DNA from: a virus
Reading direction: 5' to 3' (one strand)
IMG/VR virus record: IMGVR_UViG_3300035698_035364
Coordinates: 1 to 64,000 of that record
DNA: 64,000 nt
In this document: positions 48,201-59,100 of the stretch, piece by piece
Layout of the letters: every line of letters starts with the position of its first letter
Numbering within the stretch: the first letter of the stretch is position 1
Notes under the pieces: model-generated
Seen by the model: the letters and a program-made list of their open reading frames with translations, nothing else
Databases searched by the model: none
Told to the model about the DNA's origin: nothing
Translations under genes and position numbers: made by a program

Positions 48201-51187
48201 GGCTTACAGGGGTTTCGGAAGTTGACGGTTTGTTGCCTGTAGATAAATTAGGGAATTTAAGTGCGACACAGTTTACTACGGGCCAATTAACAACAGCACA
48301 AATGCCAGGTGTCCGTCATGAAGGAAGAATCGGGGAAAGGTTGCTGCCTTTACTTCTTCCTTTAAGAACAGTAGATAATTTTGTATATGATTTAGCTGCA
48401 ACATATGATGATGAAGATAGAAATAAAATGGGTGATGCTGTTACTTTTTATGATGTTATCAATAGTGAAGATGCTGATGATTTATTAGCAGCTACTAGTA
48501 ATGGGATATGGTTGAGTCGTAATTATGGGAATGATTGGAGTCAAGTATCGACTTTTAATACCGCAGTTCATAGGTTATATAAATCTGTGGCAGGTGATTA
48601 CTATGCTATAACTAATTATAGTGTGTATATTAATGACGGCACAAGCTTCCGTTCATGGACTCAAATGGGTGGGTTAGAATATGCAAAGGTTATTAGAGAT
48701 ATCACTGAAGACAGTGATGGTAATTTATATGTTAGCACGGATCTAGGAGTGTTTAAGCTCAATAGCGTATCAGTGCCATATATAGAGGATACTTGGGAAA
48801 AGATGCCAATCTTTGGTCCTCGTAGTTCAGAGGCATATGCTATTATTTATGATGATGTGTCAGATAGAGTTTTAGTTAGTAATGAGCTTGGGCTTCTTGC
48901 ATCTAGTGATCAAGGGTTAAGTTGGGTTTATATCACGGAATTAGAGTCATTAGTGAAAATATGGGACTTCAAAAAAGAAGATGGTTATATCTTTGCTTTG
49001 TCTGTTACTGATTTATATAGGCAAGAAGCAGGAGTAGGAGATTTTGTTAAGGTCTCAGAGATTAGTGCTAATAAATGTAGAAGAATGGTAATTTTTGATG
49101 ATGAGATTTATGTAACTACTGATGTAGGGCCACAAATTTCGGTATCTGATGATATATACACCGATACGGATATGAGTTTTGCGGGGATATGGTCTTTAAT
49201 TAATGTTAATAATAACAAGTTAGTGGTTTTCTCTTTAAATACTATCGGTAACGATTTATTTGTTGGGACGGATAGGATGCTATATTTGTTTGACATAAAC
49301 AAAAAGTTATGGCTGCAATATGAACAGAAAAATACAGTCATTCCTACTTTTTATGTGGATAAGGTCTTACAAAAATTAGGGTTTTATTATAATAATGGAG
49401 AGGGCACTTATAATATTAGTTTTGATGATTTAGTTGATCAAACTGCGTTGCTAGAAGTCGCTAATAAATATGATGTTTATATATCTGAGTTTGGAGGATG
49501 GGCACATAATAAGTATGACGCTTCATTTGTTGTGTATAGGAATAGTTTTCAGTTCGGAGAGTCACGGTCATCTATAGTTCTTGATTTGAACGAATTTATT
49601 GATATTACTTATCCTACTTATACCGATAGCACTGCTCATGAGATAAAAGCGGATGAGTACAAAGCTCAGTTGGAGGCACAACTTAGCACTTTAACAGGTG
49701 CGTCTGCTCCAATCGGAGATGATTTGACGATATTAATTAGTGACATATATGAAAGTTTTGAACTGTTTTTATCTCAGATATATGAAGATGCGAGAGTAGT
49801 TGTGGATGATGATGGGAATACAGTTGATTTCGTGTTGCCACCGATTACTACTGATTTAATTAATCAGGTTATAAGCGTTTCTAATTTTGGGGTAGTAACT
49901 ACTACCGAAGAATCTGTATACGCTACTATAAATGATTTGAAGAATACTGCTTACACAGTTTCGATCAACACGGTTAACGGGGTTTGTGTATTTGGAGTCG
50001 CTTTCGATAGATATGATGAATTAACCATGGATATTTATGAAGTGACAGTAAAAAATATAGGAGACAATACTCATAGGCAAATAGAAGATAGTTTTGAAAC
50101 TATCTATTCGGGGTTCCCATCGTATTTGTCACAGGTGCAGCAGATTAATATTGCTAAGTTGGGTATTTTCACGGAAAGACAATGGCCTAATCAACAGGCT
50201 TCTTTAAGCCCTCATACTCAGATGAAAAGTATTATCCCTGTTGATGATAGTTGGTACGATACTTTGAATTCTACTATTAATTATACAGAGGAGAAGAGTC
50301 ATGGAACAGTTCCTTTATCTATTAATTATCCGTCTACAACCTTTTATAACTATGGTGCAGGCAATATTCTGGTAGGGGGCCAGGGAGGAGTATTATCTAT
50401 TGATGAAGATACTCTTGATATAGAAGAGGTATCTGTTGGAGATATTTCTGACCAGATGGTAAGAGATATTTTTGAGTATAATAACAATATATATGTGGTG
50501 ACGGAAAAGGAAATTTACATATCAGAAGATTATGGGATTACTTGGAGTGAGTTTAATAGGAGCGGGTTGCCTAATCAAATATATGTTATGGGAGTGGCCA
50601 GTAATAACCTGTTGATCGGAGCTTCGGACGGGGTGTATGTGAGGTCTTTTGATTCTCCGTTAATTGATTGGGAGAAATCGATTTCTACTACCAATCCTGT
50701 TACGGTGATGTTATCTTCTAATATCGTATTTGTAGTATTAGATAAGAAAGTTAACATTACTAGTAATGGTTATAGTTTCTCTGATACCGATATAGGAGCT
50801 AATCTTGATATCACTAAAATAGAAAGATATGGTTTCACTAATACGTATATCTCTACTAATCAGGGGTTATATTCTGATAATGGAACTTTTAACAGCACAA
50901 CTCCGGTGTTGGAAGAAATAGATCTGGGTCTTTTGGTTAATGAAATAGATGTTATTACAGTTAATGATGTGCATACGAATGATACCGATAAAATAGTAGT
51001 GGGGGTTAGTAGCGGAAGCTATGGATTAATAGAAGGTAATGCTTTGAAAGTGAAAGAATTTACTGCTCTAGATACTATACATAAAGTTTTGGTAATTAAT
51101 GATAATATATGGTTGTTCGGCGGGAATAGAGTTAAAGTGTCTTATTTGGATTATCCTATAAGATTATCTACTGGCTCTCCGTTATAG
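45275..51187 (+). CDS. Giant tail fibre/appendage protein: shared N-terminal anchor, several FN3 domains, BNR/VPS10-like propellers
   Basis: 1970 aa; FN3 YTYQIVAIDLSGNES and YTYFITSVDVYGNES; Asp-boxes SRNYGNDW, SSDQGLSW, SEDYGITW. Confidence 0.7.
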   Translation: MPFKTQHYQLQAFQFGDIYSARVDKRRFTIIDNQLAFLADQITDGVIEGWTITDNEDGTISISAGMGMISQRVIQTFGIVDYILESNSVKYLYMNAKTGEVGGLSGGSNISSVEGIDVTAPSPPTGIQQISSIAIYLASLSSYDVNLLTYLRRLLGLHDEDDAIELIPYKQIAFQWDANTEVDFSHYQVTRIDGSNVETLGTTVETVYADIGLQQDYTYTYQIVAIDLSGNESAIGEVQFATAEDTRIPASPLFVQTYPSNEALEVIWDHSPSDNVISYRVSIQPLDSNYNSDGNATVATVSSVGDDPFSSTYIIFENLNNNTNYEVTVYAVTAAGLLSEGISTREYVQFLAGAGEINNIDIEFATVNRQINEAQSTGLRANLTWRYRQDPYLPFVDKFLITFVENGTRTSEVIELLGSEVDVPCSSGAVDDICYSHSIDYLPYIVEGRIEYESIKEYTPYLVTIQTTDEDENASNGIVTRVNRTPVTDILPSVTDFSIEKKNDNSLFLKWVNPIESHFSYNRLTITITNLGGTINDPSIFEETIYINDQNTGKSDSFTIPSDQFDVNYRYNVEITSYNIFNTQGSRLETFEQFTEAADNLRPDAPLNVEIFSGDSQLYLQWEPDVSGELEFYKIYRAEYQLYLDTTNFAVIATIPASLDNFTDYSVPNGTAYTYFITSVDVYGNESLNPDDDTHLPVLSFSSTPAEMLSLSPPTNLEVGASSNEHDAQLVWDATPGLFDGYEILRSEGNNYSFQVIAHTPVSQVTYIDQDALLKDSVIYYYIVKKYKNESSLYVTSSAVSLSNSVHIGIVTTSNGIQNVSIDLSSVIDLENYQDPITTKTNNLILTHDHKNTENVDKRIELRAQVFVTDWATTDYQNYTTTEDIEGAGSYILSISGTINEEYFKDTQGNTDVARLRQAQARESPVLYEIDEENGKIVFNEPLYVDATTIDIPGLLLTFDSNVVTPYSDIPVVSLGLTGVSEVDGLLPVDKLGNLSATQFTTGQLTTAQMPGVRHEGRIGERLLPLLLPLRTVDNFVYDLAATYDDEDRNKMGDAVTFYDVINSEDADDLLAATSNGIWLSRNYGNDWSQVSTFNTAVHRLYKSVAGDYYAITNYSVYINDGTSFRSWTQMGGLEYAKVIRDITEDSDGNLYVSTDLGVFKLNSVSVPYIEDTWEKMPIFGPRSSEAYAIIYDDVSDRVLVSNELGLLASSDQGLSWVYITELESLVKIWDFKKEDGYIFALSVTDLYRQEAGVGDFVKVSEISANKCRRMVIFDDEIYVTTDVGPQISVSDDIYTDTDMSFAGIWSLINVNNNKLVVFSLNTIGNDLFVGTDRMLYLFDINKKLWLQYEQKNTVIPTFYVDKVLQKLGFYYNNGEGTYNISFDDLVDQTALLEVANKYDVYISEFGGWAHNKYDASFVVYRNSFQFGESRSSIVLDLNEFIDITYPTYTDSTAHEIKADEYKAQLEAQLSTLTGASAPIGDDLTILISDIYESFELFLSQIYEDARVVVDDDGNTVDFVLPPITTDLINQVISVSNFGVVTTTEESVYATINDLKNTAYTVSINTVNGVCVFGVAFDRYDELTMDIYEVTVKNIGDNTHRQIEDSFETIYSGFPSYLSQVQQINIAKLGIFTERQWPNQQASLSPHTQMKSIIPVDDSWYDTLNSTINYTEEKSHGTVPLSINYPSTTFYNYGAGNILVGGQGGVLSIDEDTLDIEEVSVGDISDQMVRDIFEYNNNIYVVTEKEIYISEDYGITWSEFNRSGLPNQIYVMGVASNNLLIGASDGVYVRSFDSPLIDWEKSISTTNPVTVMLSSNIVFVVLDKKVNITSNGYSFSDTDIGANLDITKIERYGFTNTYISTNQGLYSDNGTFNSTTPVLEEIDLGLLVNEIDVITVNDVHTNDTDKIVVGVSSGSYGLIEGNALKVKEFTALDTIHKVLVINDNIWLFGGNRVKVSYLDYPIRLSTGSPL

Positions 51188-51197
51188 GATTAGATAA

Positions 51198-53168
51198 ATG
51201 GCATTTACTTTATCATATGAGAGAACCTACACAAGATGCTATGATGTAGACATCGACGGCAATTTTGCTATCGGAGGATCAGACGCAAATATTACTACTT
51301 TCCTATTTTCCAGGCAAGTAGATGGGACATGGTTAAAGCATACTGTTTATAACACACATAAGGGGGGATCGGCTATAGAGGATGTGTGGGCTGTTAGTGG
51401 GTTGACTCTTGGCAAGGATGGTAGAGGAGAAGTATTCGTTTTTTATAGGGATGAGAATGATACTTGGGATGTTTACAATGCTGCTTCCAGAAATCCTTCT
51501 GATCCGGAAGATGGGAAATCGTTGGTTGCCGAAGATGGTCTCTTGGGTGATCAATTTGGAATTGATGTTAGTATCAAGAACACTATTATAGCTATCGGGG
51601 CACAAGGGAAAGATTCAAATAAAGGGGCTGCGTATATATATAAGAAAGATGGAGAGTTTTGGGGCCAAAGTGGAAGCACTATCTATCCTTTGATAAGCAC
51701 AGCAGATGATTACTTTGGTAATACTGTTGCTTTGAGTGATGATTTTTTGGTGGTGGGGGCCAAAGGTGACAATAGTAGTCAAGGTGCAGTGTATATATTT
51801 GAAGAAGACGAGGATACAGGAGAATGGGAACAAGTAACTAAATTATTAGCATCTGATGGAGTAGAAAACGATCAATTTGGAGGGGCAATATCTATCGATG
51901 GAAATTATATCGTCATTGGGGCGAAAAATAAAACTTCAGATGCAGGAGAAGCATTCGCAGGTGCGGCATATATATTCAAATATGATGGCAGTAATTGGTA
52001 TGAAATAGAAAAGATAATAGGAGTGGGGGAAACGATTTATGAGACAAACTATTTTGGATCTTCGGTAGATATCGATGGAGATTATGTAGTTATTGGTGCG
52101 ACAGGTGCGAAAACACATGGTACGGTGGACGTATTCTCTAAGAAGAGAAGTTGGGGACAATTAGTTAAATTAACTGGAGATCTGGGAGCCGGTGGTGGAT
52201 CAGGGGATAATTTTGGATATGGAGCAGCCGTATCTGGTTCTATTATTATAGTTGGGGAACCTAATAAGCCTAGTATACAATCTACTTACTTTTTTGAAAA
52301 TCCTGCTTCTCAAGTTAGATTAGCACAGGAATTTGAAGTTGATGCAGCATACGTGCCTTCAAAAGCTACTGTTTACTTGAAAAGGGTAGGGGCCAATGTA
52401 AGTAATAATTGGGAGATTTATAATAACCAAAGAACAGTTATAGATGCAACGAATTTTTCTACTATTACTCAAGGAAGAAATAAAGTCATTTTTTCAGATA
52501 CAATATCAGACTACACAGGAAATGGATATATGATATTGTTAAGTGAAGCATATAGCTCCTATAGTATTATCAACTATCCGGTTAGGGCAGTGATAGACGA
52601 CACTTTTGATTTGTGGTTGAGGTATTATGCATTTGGAACTTCTATTTTAAACGTTGATATTCTATTGGACGGTGTAACTATAGCAACTATAGAATCTGAG
52701 TTAACGGATCCATCATTAAATTTGTGGGATTGGCTATCGACCAGTCTCACTTTGCCTGATACAAGTGAGCATACGTTAGGAATAAAAATAAAGGATAGTG
52801 ATTGTGCTGTGGATAAGATATATATAGCCCCAGCGGGTAGTGCTTCTCCATATGCGGCCGGACCATCTTATAGTGTTAGCCCTTATTTAACTGCACATAT
52901 GCAAGTGTATACTTCTAATGGGTCTCCTGATGAAATGTTATATATATATGATTACAAAAATACTATTACAGAAATCGTTCAAGATGATTGGTACAACTTT
53001 AATATTAATGTTGTTAGTAACGATTATGGTTATTTAGTTAAAGAGAATTTTGTGGGGAATTACTATTTAGTGATGTCATGCTCTGGGACAGACAACGATA
53101 ATTTTATTATTTGGGATATGGCAAATAACGATGAATATCAATCACTGCCATCTGCTATTAAAATATAG
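51198..53168 (+). CDS. FG-GAP (integrin-alpha-like) beta-propeller protein with a C-terminal CBM-like beta-sandwich
   Basis: Five clear repeats: DQFGIDVSI..IAIGA, DYFGNTVAL..LVVGA, DQFGGAISI..IVIGA, NYFGSSVDI..VVIGA, DNFGYGAAV..IIVGE, several followed by GAAYIF-type motifs; YTGNGYM...WDW...HTLGI. Confidence 0.85.
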   Translation: MAFTLSYERTYTRCYDVDIDGNFAIGGSDANITTFLFSRQVDGTWLKHTVYNTHKGGSAIEDVWAVSGLTLGKDGRGEVFVFYRDENDTWDVYNAASRNPSDPEDGKSLVAEDGLLGDQFGIDVSIKNTIIAIGAQGKDSNKGAAYIYKKDGEFWGQSGSTIYPLISTADDYFGNTVALSDDFLVVGAKGDNSSQGAVYIFEEDEDTGEWEQVTKLLASDGVENDQFGGAISIDGNYIVIGAKNKTSDAGEAFAGAAYIFKYDGSNWYEIEKIIGVGETIYETNYFGSSVDIDGDYVVIGATGAKTHGTVDVFSKKRSWGQLVKLTGDLGAGGGSGDNFGYGAAVSGSIIIVGEPNKPSIQSTYFFENPASQVRLAQEFEVDAAYVPSKATVYLKRVGANVSNNWEIYNNQRTVIDATNFSTITQGRNKVIFSDTISDYTGNGYMILLSEAYSSYSIINYPVRAVIDDTFDLWLRYYAFGTSILNVDILLDGVTIATIESELTDPSLNLWDWLSTSLTLPDTSEHTLGIKIKDSDCAVDKIYIAPAGSASPYAAGPSYSVSPYLTAHMQVYTSNGSPDEMLYIYDYKNTITEIVQDDWYNFNINVVSNDYGYLVKENFVGNYYLVMSCSGTDNDNFIIWDMANNDEYQSLPSAIKI

Positions 53169-53179
53169 GGACATGAGTA

Positions 53180-56100
53180 ATGTCGATTAATTTAATTGAA
53201 TATTATAAAGCAGCTAACACTGAGTCATCTCTTGCAGCCGGTGTATGGAATATTAATTACGATAAGAGGCATTTATTCAAAGTTTCTAGTGATTATGACG
53301 CTGTGAATGAACATTTGGAAATAATTTCTTTACCACCTTCTAATGAGGCTACAAGTAATGTTAGTATTTTTTCTGGCCAGTTAGATCAGAAGCTCGACAA
53401 TACTAAGATTACATCGTTAAGTGCTAGGGCAGAAAAAGTAGAGCTAGACTTAGATGATAGGATAGTAACTGTTATTATTGATCAAAGTGGTAGTATGACA
53501 TGGAATGATAATGGAAATTATCGACATCAGTTAGCAAAGAATTTGGTTGATAAGATAGAGTTTAATTATCCAGGAACTGTAAATTATAATCTGATTAAAT
53601 ATGACTCTGCATTAGCTAGTATGTTGTTTTTTGGTCTTATTGAGCAAGAAGGCTTAGATATATATGACTTCAACAGTTTGGCTAAATTAATGTTGGCCGA
53701 TGAAAATGCTAATTTTGCTGGTATAAGGGTCATTAGGAATGCAAATCGTTATCCAACTTCTATTGTTGATGGAGAGTTAGTCTCAGATGGGTTTATCAGT
53801 GCAATATTTAATACAGATTTAACTGAAAATAGCACCTATTATTATACTGTTTATACATATGATAATGACTTAAAATTCAGTGAAGGGGCAAGAATAAAGG
53901 TCACTCCTAGAACAAGGAATGTGCCTAGAGGTATTTTCTTATTTAATACTGTAGTCGATTCAGATGATTTGAGCAAGGGCAATCCTTTTGTGGGGAAGGG
54001 TGTTAATAACGATGATAATGTTACAGGGTTGTGGCATTTTAATGAAGGGGAAGGGCAGAACTTATATGATTTTAGTGGATCCGATGTTATACTAACTATT
54101 GATGATCTTTATCCTACATGGTATGACCAAATTTTTACTCCTGCTGGTGACTCTGCTTTGTTTTTTGATGGAGATACAGACAGAGCGTACTATTCTGATA
54201 CCGGCAACGATTTAAGGTTGTTTCATAATGATGATAATAATCAAATAACTATTATGGGGTGGATATTCCCTTATGATCTAGAAGACTCTGCTATTGTAAC
54301 AAGAGAAAGTGCTGGTGGGGGTGAGATTAACTATACCTTAGGTATTCAGTCTGGCCAGTTGGCATTTCATAATGGAAGGAATTCTACTACTACTAGTTTA
54401 TCTTTAACAGCACATAAATGGCAGCATGTGGCAGTGACTTACAACATAGATGCTGAGCAAATTACGTTTTATATTAATGGTGTAGCCCAATCTCGTAATT
54501 GGATAGGAGATGCTTCTGTCCCTGACTCTACAGACAGTATGGAATTTGTTGTTGGACTGTCTAACTCTTCCTTCTTTTCGGTTCCGTATAGAGGGAAGAT
54601 AACAGAGCTTAGTATCCATAATACTGTTAGATCTTCGGAATATATTAATGCACAGATTATAGATGCTACTATTTATGGAGATAATAGTCTAGCGATAGAT
54701 ACTGAAGCGACTGGGTTGAAGGATGATAATGGAGATCGATTAGTTGTTTTGAAATATGAGATTCCTTTAGATTACAATTTCGCTGGTGGTGAAGTTGTAA
54801 TAGTAAGAAACACTGAAAGAATACCTACATGGGAGGAAGATGGGGACATTATCCATCAGCAAGTTCCATCAGCGGGGCAGAATTATGTAATTGATTCTGA
54901 TGATTTTGTTTTTGGGGAAAAATATTATTATAGAATATATTCTAAAAATTCTTTGGGGAACTCTAGTTTTTCTTCGGACTCTCCTTCTTTAGAAGTAACT
55001 ATACCTACCTCACCGACAACAGATTATTTTCTATCTTTAGGTGAAACATTAGCTTCTCCTGAATCTCCTTTGAATAATTTACCTTTAATTACTCCAGGTA
55101 ATACCAAAGTATTTTTAAGATGGAAAAATGTTGCTCCAATAGACTCTAGGATACAGAGAGTCAGAGTATATTATTCTTCTATTGGATACCCTACTGTTGA
55201 TAGTAGTGGTGGGTCAAATAGTCAATTAGTATTTTCTGGATTGCCAACAGATGAAAAGTTTGTTCATAGAGATCTAGTTAATGGATCCAATGCCTACTAT
55301 ACAATAGTTAATGTAGATAAGTATGGTAGGGCTTCTAATTATGACGCTGATGGTGACCAGGTAGAAGATTTTTTACAAGCTGCAACTGTCCCCTCTGCTA
55401 CTGCTGATGAAAGTATAATTCCTCTACTAGATGTAGAGAACTTACATTATGAGTTGATAGATGGTAACTCTGTTAGCGTCAAATGGGATATGCCAACGAA
55501 AAACCCTGAAAATATTGAGGCATATTTCGATCAGACTATTATTATTTATGCTTCTATTACTGATGAGTTTGGGCAAGCAATATCTGACGACGCTTTGACT
55601 AAAATGTATATTAGTGCCTCTATCTCTCAGGAAGAACAGGCAGAGGATGTTTTTGGAGCAGCGGATACAATAGATTTTGTAGATGTGGACTCTTATACTT
55701 TCTTTGTTTCTAAGACTAGTGATGGTATTATAAAAGCAGTTTTAAAGATGTCGTCTAATCCTTCTATCATGTCTCAGATTAAAGGAGCATCTTTTACTAT
55801 ACAAGTTAAAACCTATATTCCTAAGGAAGGCTATGTGGCTCCTGATGTCACAACTGCATCTACGACAGGATTAGAAGAGTATGCCACTTTAATTGAGACA
55901 CTAGCCGGGGGAGAGCAACAGGCATCGACAACATCATCTTCTGATAATGTGTTTGAATATTTTTCAAAACCGTTAACTGTGAATTTCACTAATCCATGGG
56001 AAGTTGAGTTAGAGAGTAGAGATAATCAAACAGTTGATCAAAGATGTTATATCCAAAAAGTAGATTCGGTTACTGGCAATACTCAGTTGCAGGTAGTTAG

Positions 56101-59100
56101 GGAACACTTTGATGGTGTCTATATGAAGGCATCTGCTCCTTTTGTAGCTAGGGCCAAATTAAAATACAAAGGAGAGCCTATTGACGCAGGTTCTATACAG
56201 ATAGCGGTTTGGGATGCTGAGTTTGATAATCTTTGTGCTAATGCTGGTTCTCCCGGATCGGGTGGATTTGAGGGGCCAAAAATACAGGTTAGCTCAACTG
56301 TTTTACCTCCTGATAATAGAATGGATATTTTGCAGGGGACAGAGCAGGGGTTGGGGAGCGACGGATTGTCCACCGACATACCTATTTCTTATGTTGATAT
56401 CCCTTTGTATGCTCCTGATATGCCTCATGCAGTTAGATTGTTTGTTAAGGGAACTAAATCAGGATATTCTTCTGTTAAAAATATGTATGTTTTATTCCAG
56501 AGTATTTTACGGATGGATATACAAACTGATAGTCCAGTGGTGGATGGCCATGATGTATCCGAACAACAAGCTAATGCTTTTTTGATTAACCCTGATTTTC
56601 CTAATTATGAGGTTAATGATTCAGATAAGTCTTTAATCACTTACCCTACTGACAATACGGTAGTTCAATGGTCTATTGAGAGATTAGTAGGAGATATAGA
56701 TAGAACTATTTATTCTATTGATAATGTTCCTATTGCTAATGGAGTTTATTCTTATACTAGAAATGGGCTTGCCAGGAATGTATTTTTAGGGCCTATACAG
56801 AAACCAGATAAAGAGATAAATGAGACACATGAAATTAAAGCAGTAATCGTTTATAACGGGCTAACTGCTGTAGCACGACAATTTGTAAAACTTAAGTTTA
56901 ATCCACGCGAATATGATAAGTTCGGTGCTAAATTTTTAATGGAAATGGATGGAGGATGGAGAGGAATAGGAGATACCTTATCTTGGAGAGGATCGGGATG
57001 GTTAACAGCAGGTACATATCCTTTATGGGCAGATGGAACTGACTACAAGCGTGTTAAAATAGCTCGCGACCCTCAGAACGTCATTGACTCCGAGTTTGGT
57101 GCGGGGCCTTGTTTTAGAACATGTGCTACTCAAGATGGTTCTCAGGTGTTTGAATTAAATTCAGGTCAAGTGGTCCATATCCAGAGTGAAGATCCTGATA
57201 TAGAAATATTGCATGGAGAAATATACGAAGATTTAGATCCTTATACTGGCACTTATACTCTCAGGCAAGGGGAAGATGGATTCTCAGATAATGGGGAGGC
57301 ATTTGTATCTTTAAACAGCGAGACGGAATCTGATATCACTTATTTTTATATTAGGGCTAATAAATTCACTCCAACTTCGGGTCAGAGATGGCATACTAAT
57401 TGTGACAAGGCAGAAGCTATTAACGAGTGTAAATGTTTGGGGTCGAATCCTAATATTGGCTTGACTGATTGTGACACTCCAGGATGGACCCCTGTTATAT
57501 ACTTATCTGGCTCAACTACTTTATTTGTGGATGATCAGCCTCTAGTATTAACTGGAGGTGGTGATTTTGAAACAGGAGTGCCACCTTGTCCTGTGTGTTT
57601 AAAAGAGCCTTTAACTACTTCTACTATTTCTCGCACTATAACTGATTATTATTACAGAGAGAATCTTATTAATCCGTCTCTATCGGGTATGACTGGAGTT
57701 ACCTCTGAAGTCGATAATAATAATTTCTTAGGGCCAAATGGCGATGATGCCCTTATCCGATATACAACAGATATAGATATTAGAATGAAAGTATTATGGA
57801 GAGGGTCTGCTGTTCCAGATAATACTCCGGTGTATATCTCTATTGGCAATAATGACGGCAATACATTTTTTGTGGCAAGTAGGAATATATATTATACTCA
57901 GACTGATGAAACAACTGTTCCTCCTCATAGCTACGTAGATATTAGGATAGGCACTAGAAAGCCTCCTACTGCGAGGGTCACTGAGTTGGTATACGCTTAT
58001 ACTAATTATGATGAAAATGGGCAGACTACTAGAGAAGTTGGAGAAAGATACTCACTAACTTTAGATCATACTGATATCCCTAAAGATATTGTTGTTAGGG
58101 AAGAAGAGCAAGAGCCTGAGGTTCCTCCTACTACTCCTGAACCAACTGCATTTTCAGCTACTATAGAAAGATATAATATACTGTCTAATGAGTGGGACAC
58201 TGTTAGTTCGATGCAGGATGGCAGAGGAAATCTATTTGCCGGTGTAGTTAATGATACGATATATGCGATGGGAGGGTTAAAGAATAATAGCCTTGATCTA
58301 TCATCTAGAAATGAGATTTATGACCCTGTAGATGATGTATGGTCAGATGGGGCCATAATGCCTACTCCTAGAATGGCTGGTGCTGCTGTAACTATAGGTA
58401 ATGATATTTACACAATAGGAGGAATAGGAGTAGATGATGTGATAGGGAATGGAGGATTCAATGTGGATTCAACCGTAGAAGTATATCATACTGATACGGG
58501 TACATGGGAGACTCTAGCATCTATGCCAATCATCAATGAAGGAGGAGTTTATGAGGAGAAGTTGGGAGTTGCTTTTGGAACTGCTCAGCATATCGTAATA
58601 GCAGAGGGAAGTTTAGAAAGAGACTATATCTATATCTTAAGTGGAATTAATACTGTTAATTACACTGGTGAATTATTTTTGGCCGAGAAATATAATGAGA
58701 GAGTATTACGATACTCTGTGCAAGATGATGCATGGGAATATTCTGAAGTTTTAAGAAGTGATGAGTTAGTCGCTTATCAAAGAGTAGCACCTTTGTCGTT
58801 GGCATACAACGATAGGATTGTTGTGTTTAATGGAGCAATAGAAACTGAAGGGGCATTTATTTATCCTAAAGAAGATTTTAGTGTTACTATAGAGGAGGAT
58901 TTTGCTAAGTCTGTGGGGGCTGAATGGTTGCAATTTGGCAGTGGATATTTAGAAGATTTCCCAGAGCCAAAATTCCAAGCATCTCTAGTGAGATATGATT
59001 TAAATCCTTCTACCGATCATTCCGATTATTATATTTTCGGAGGGTATAACAAAGAGTCGCAAAATCTAGATATTGTAGAAAGGTTAACTACTCATGTGTC

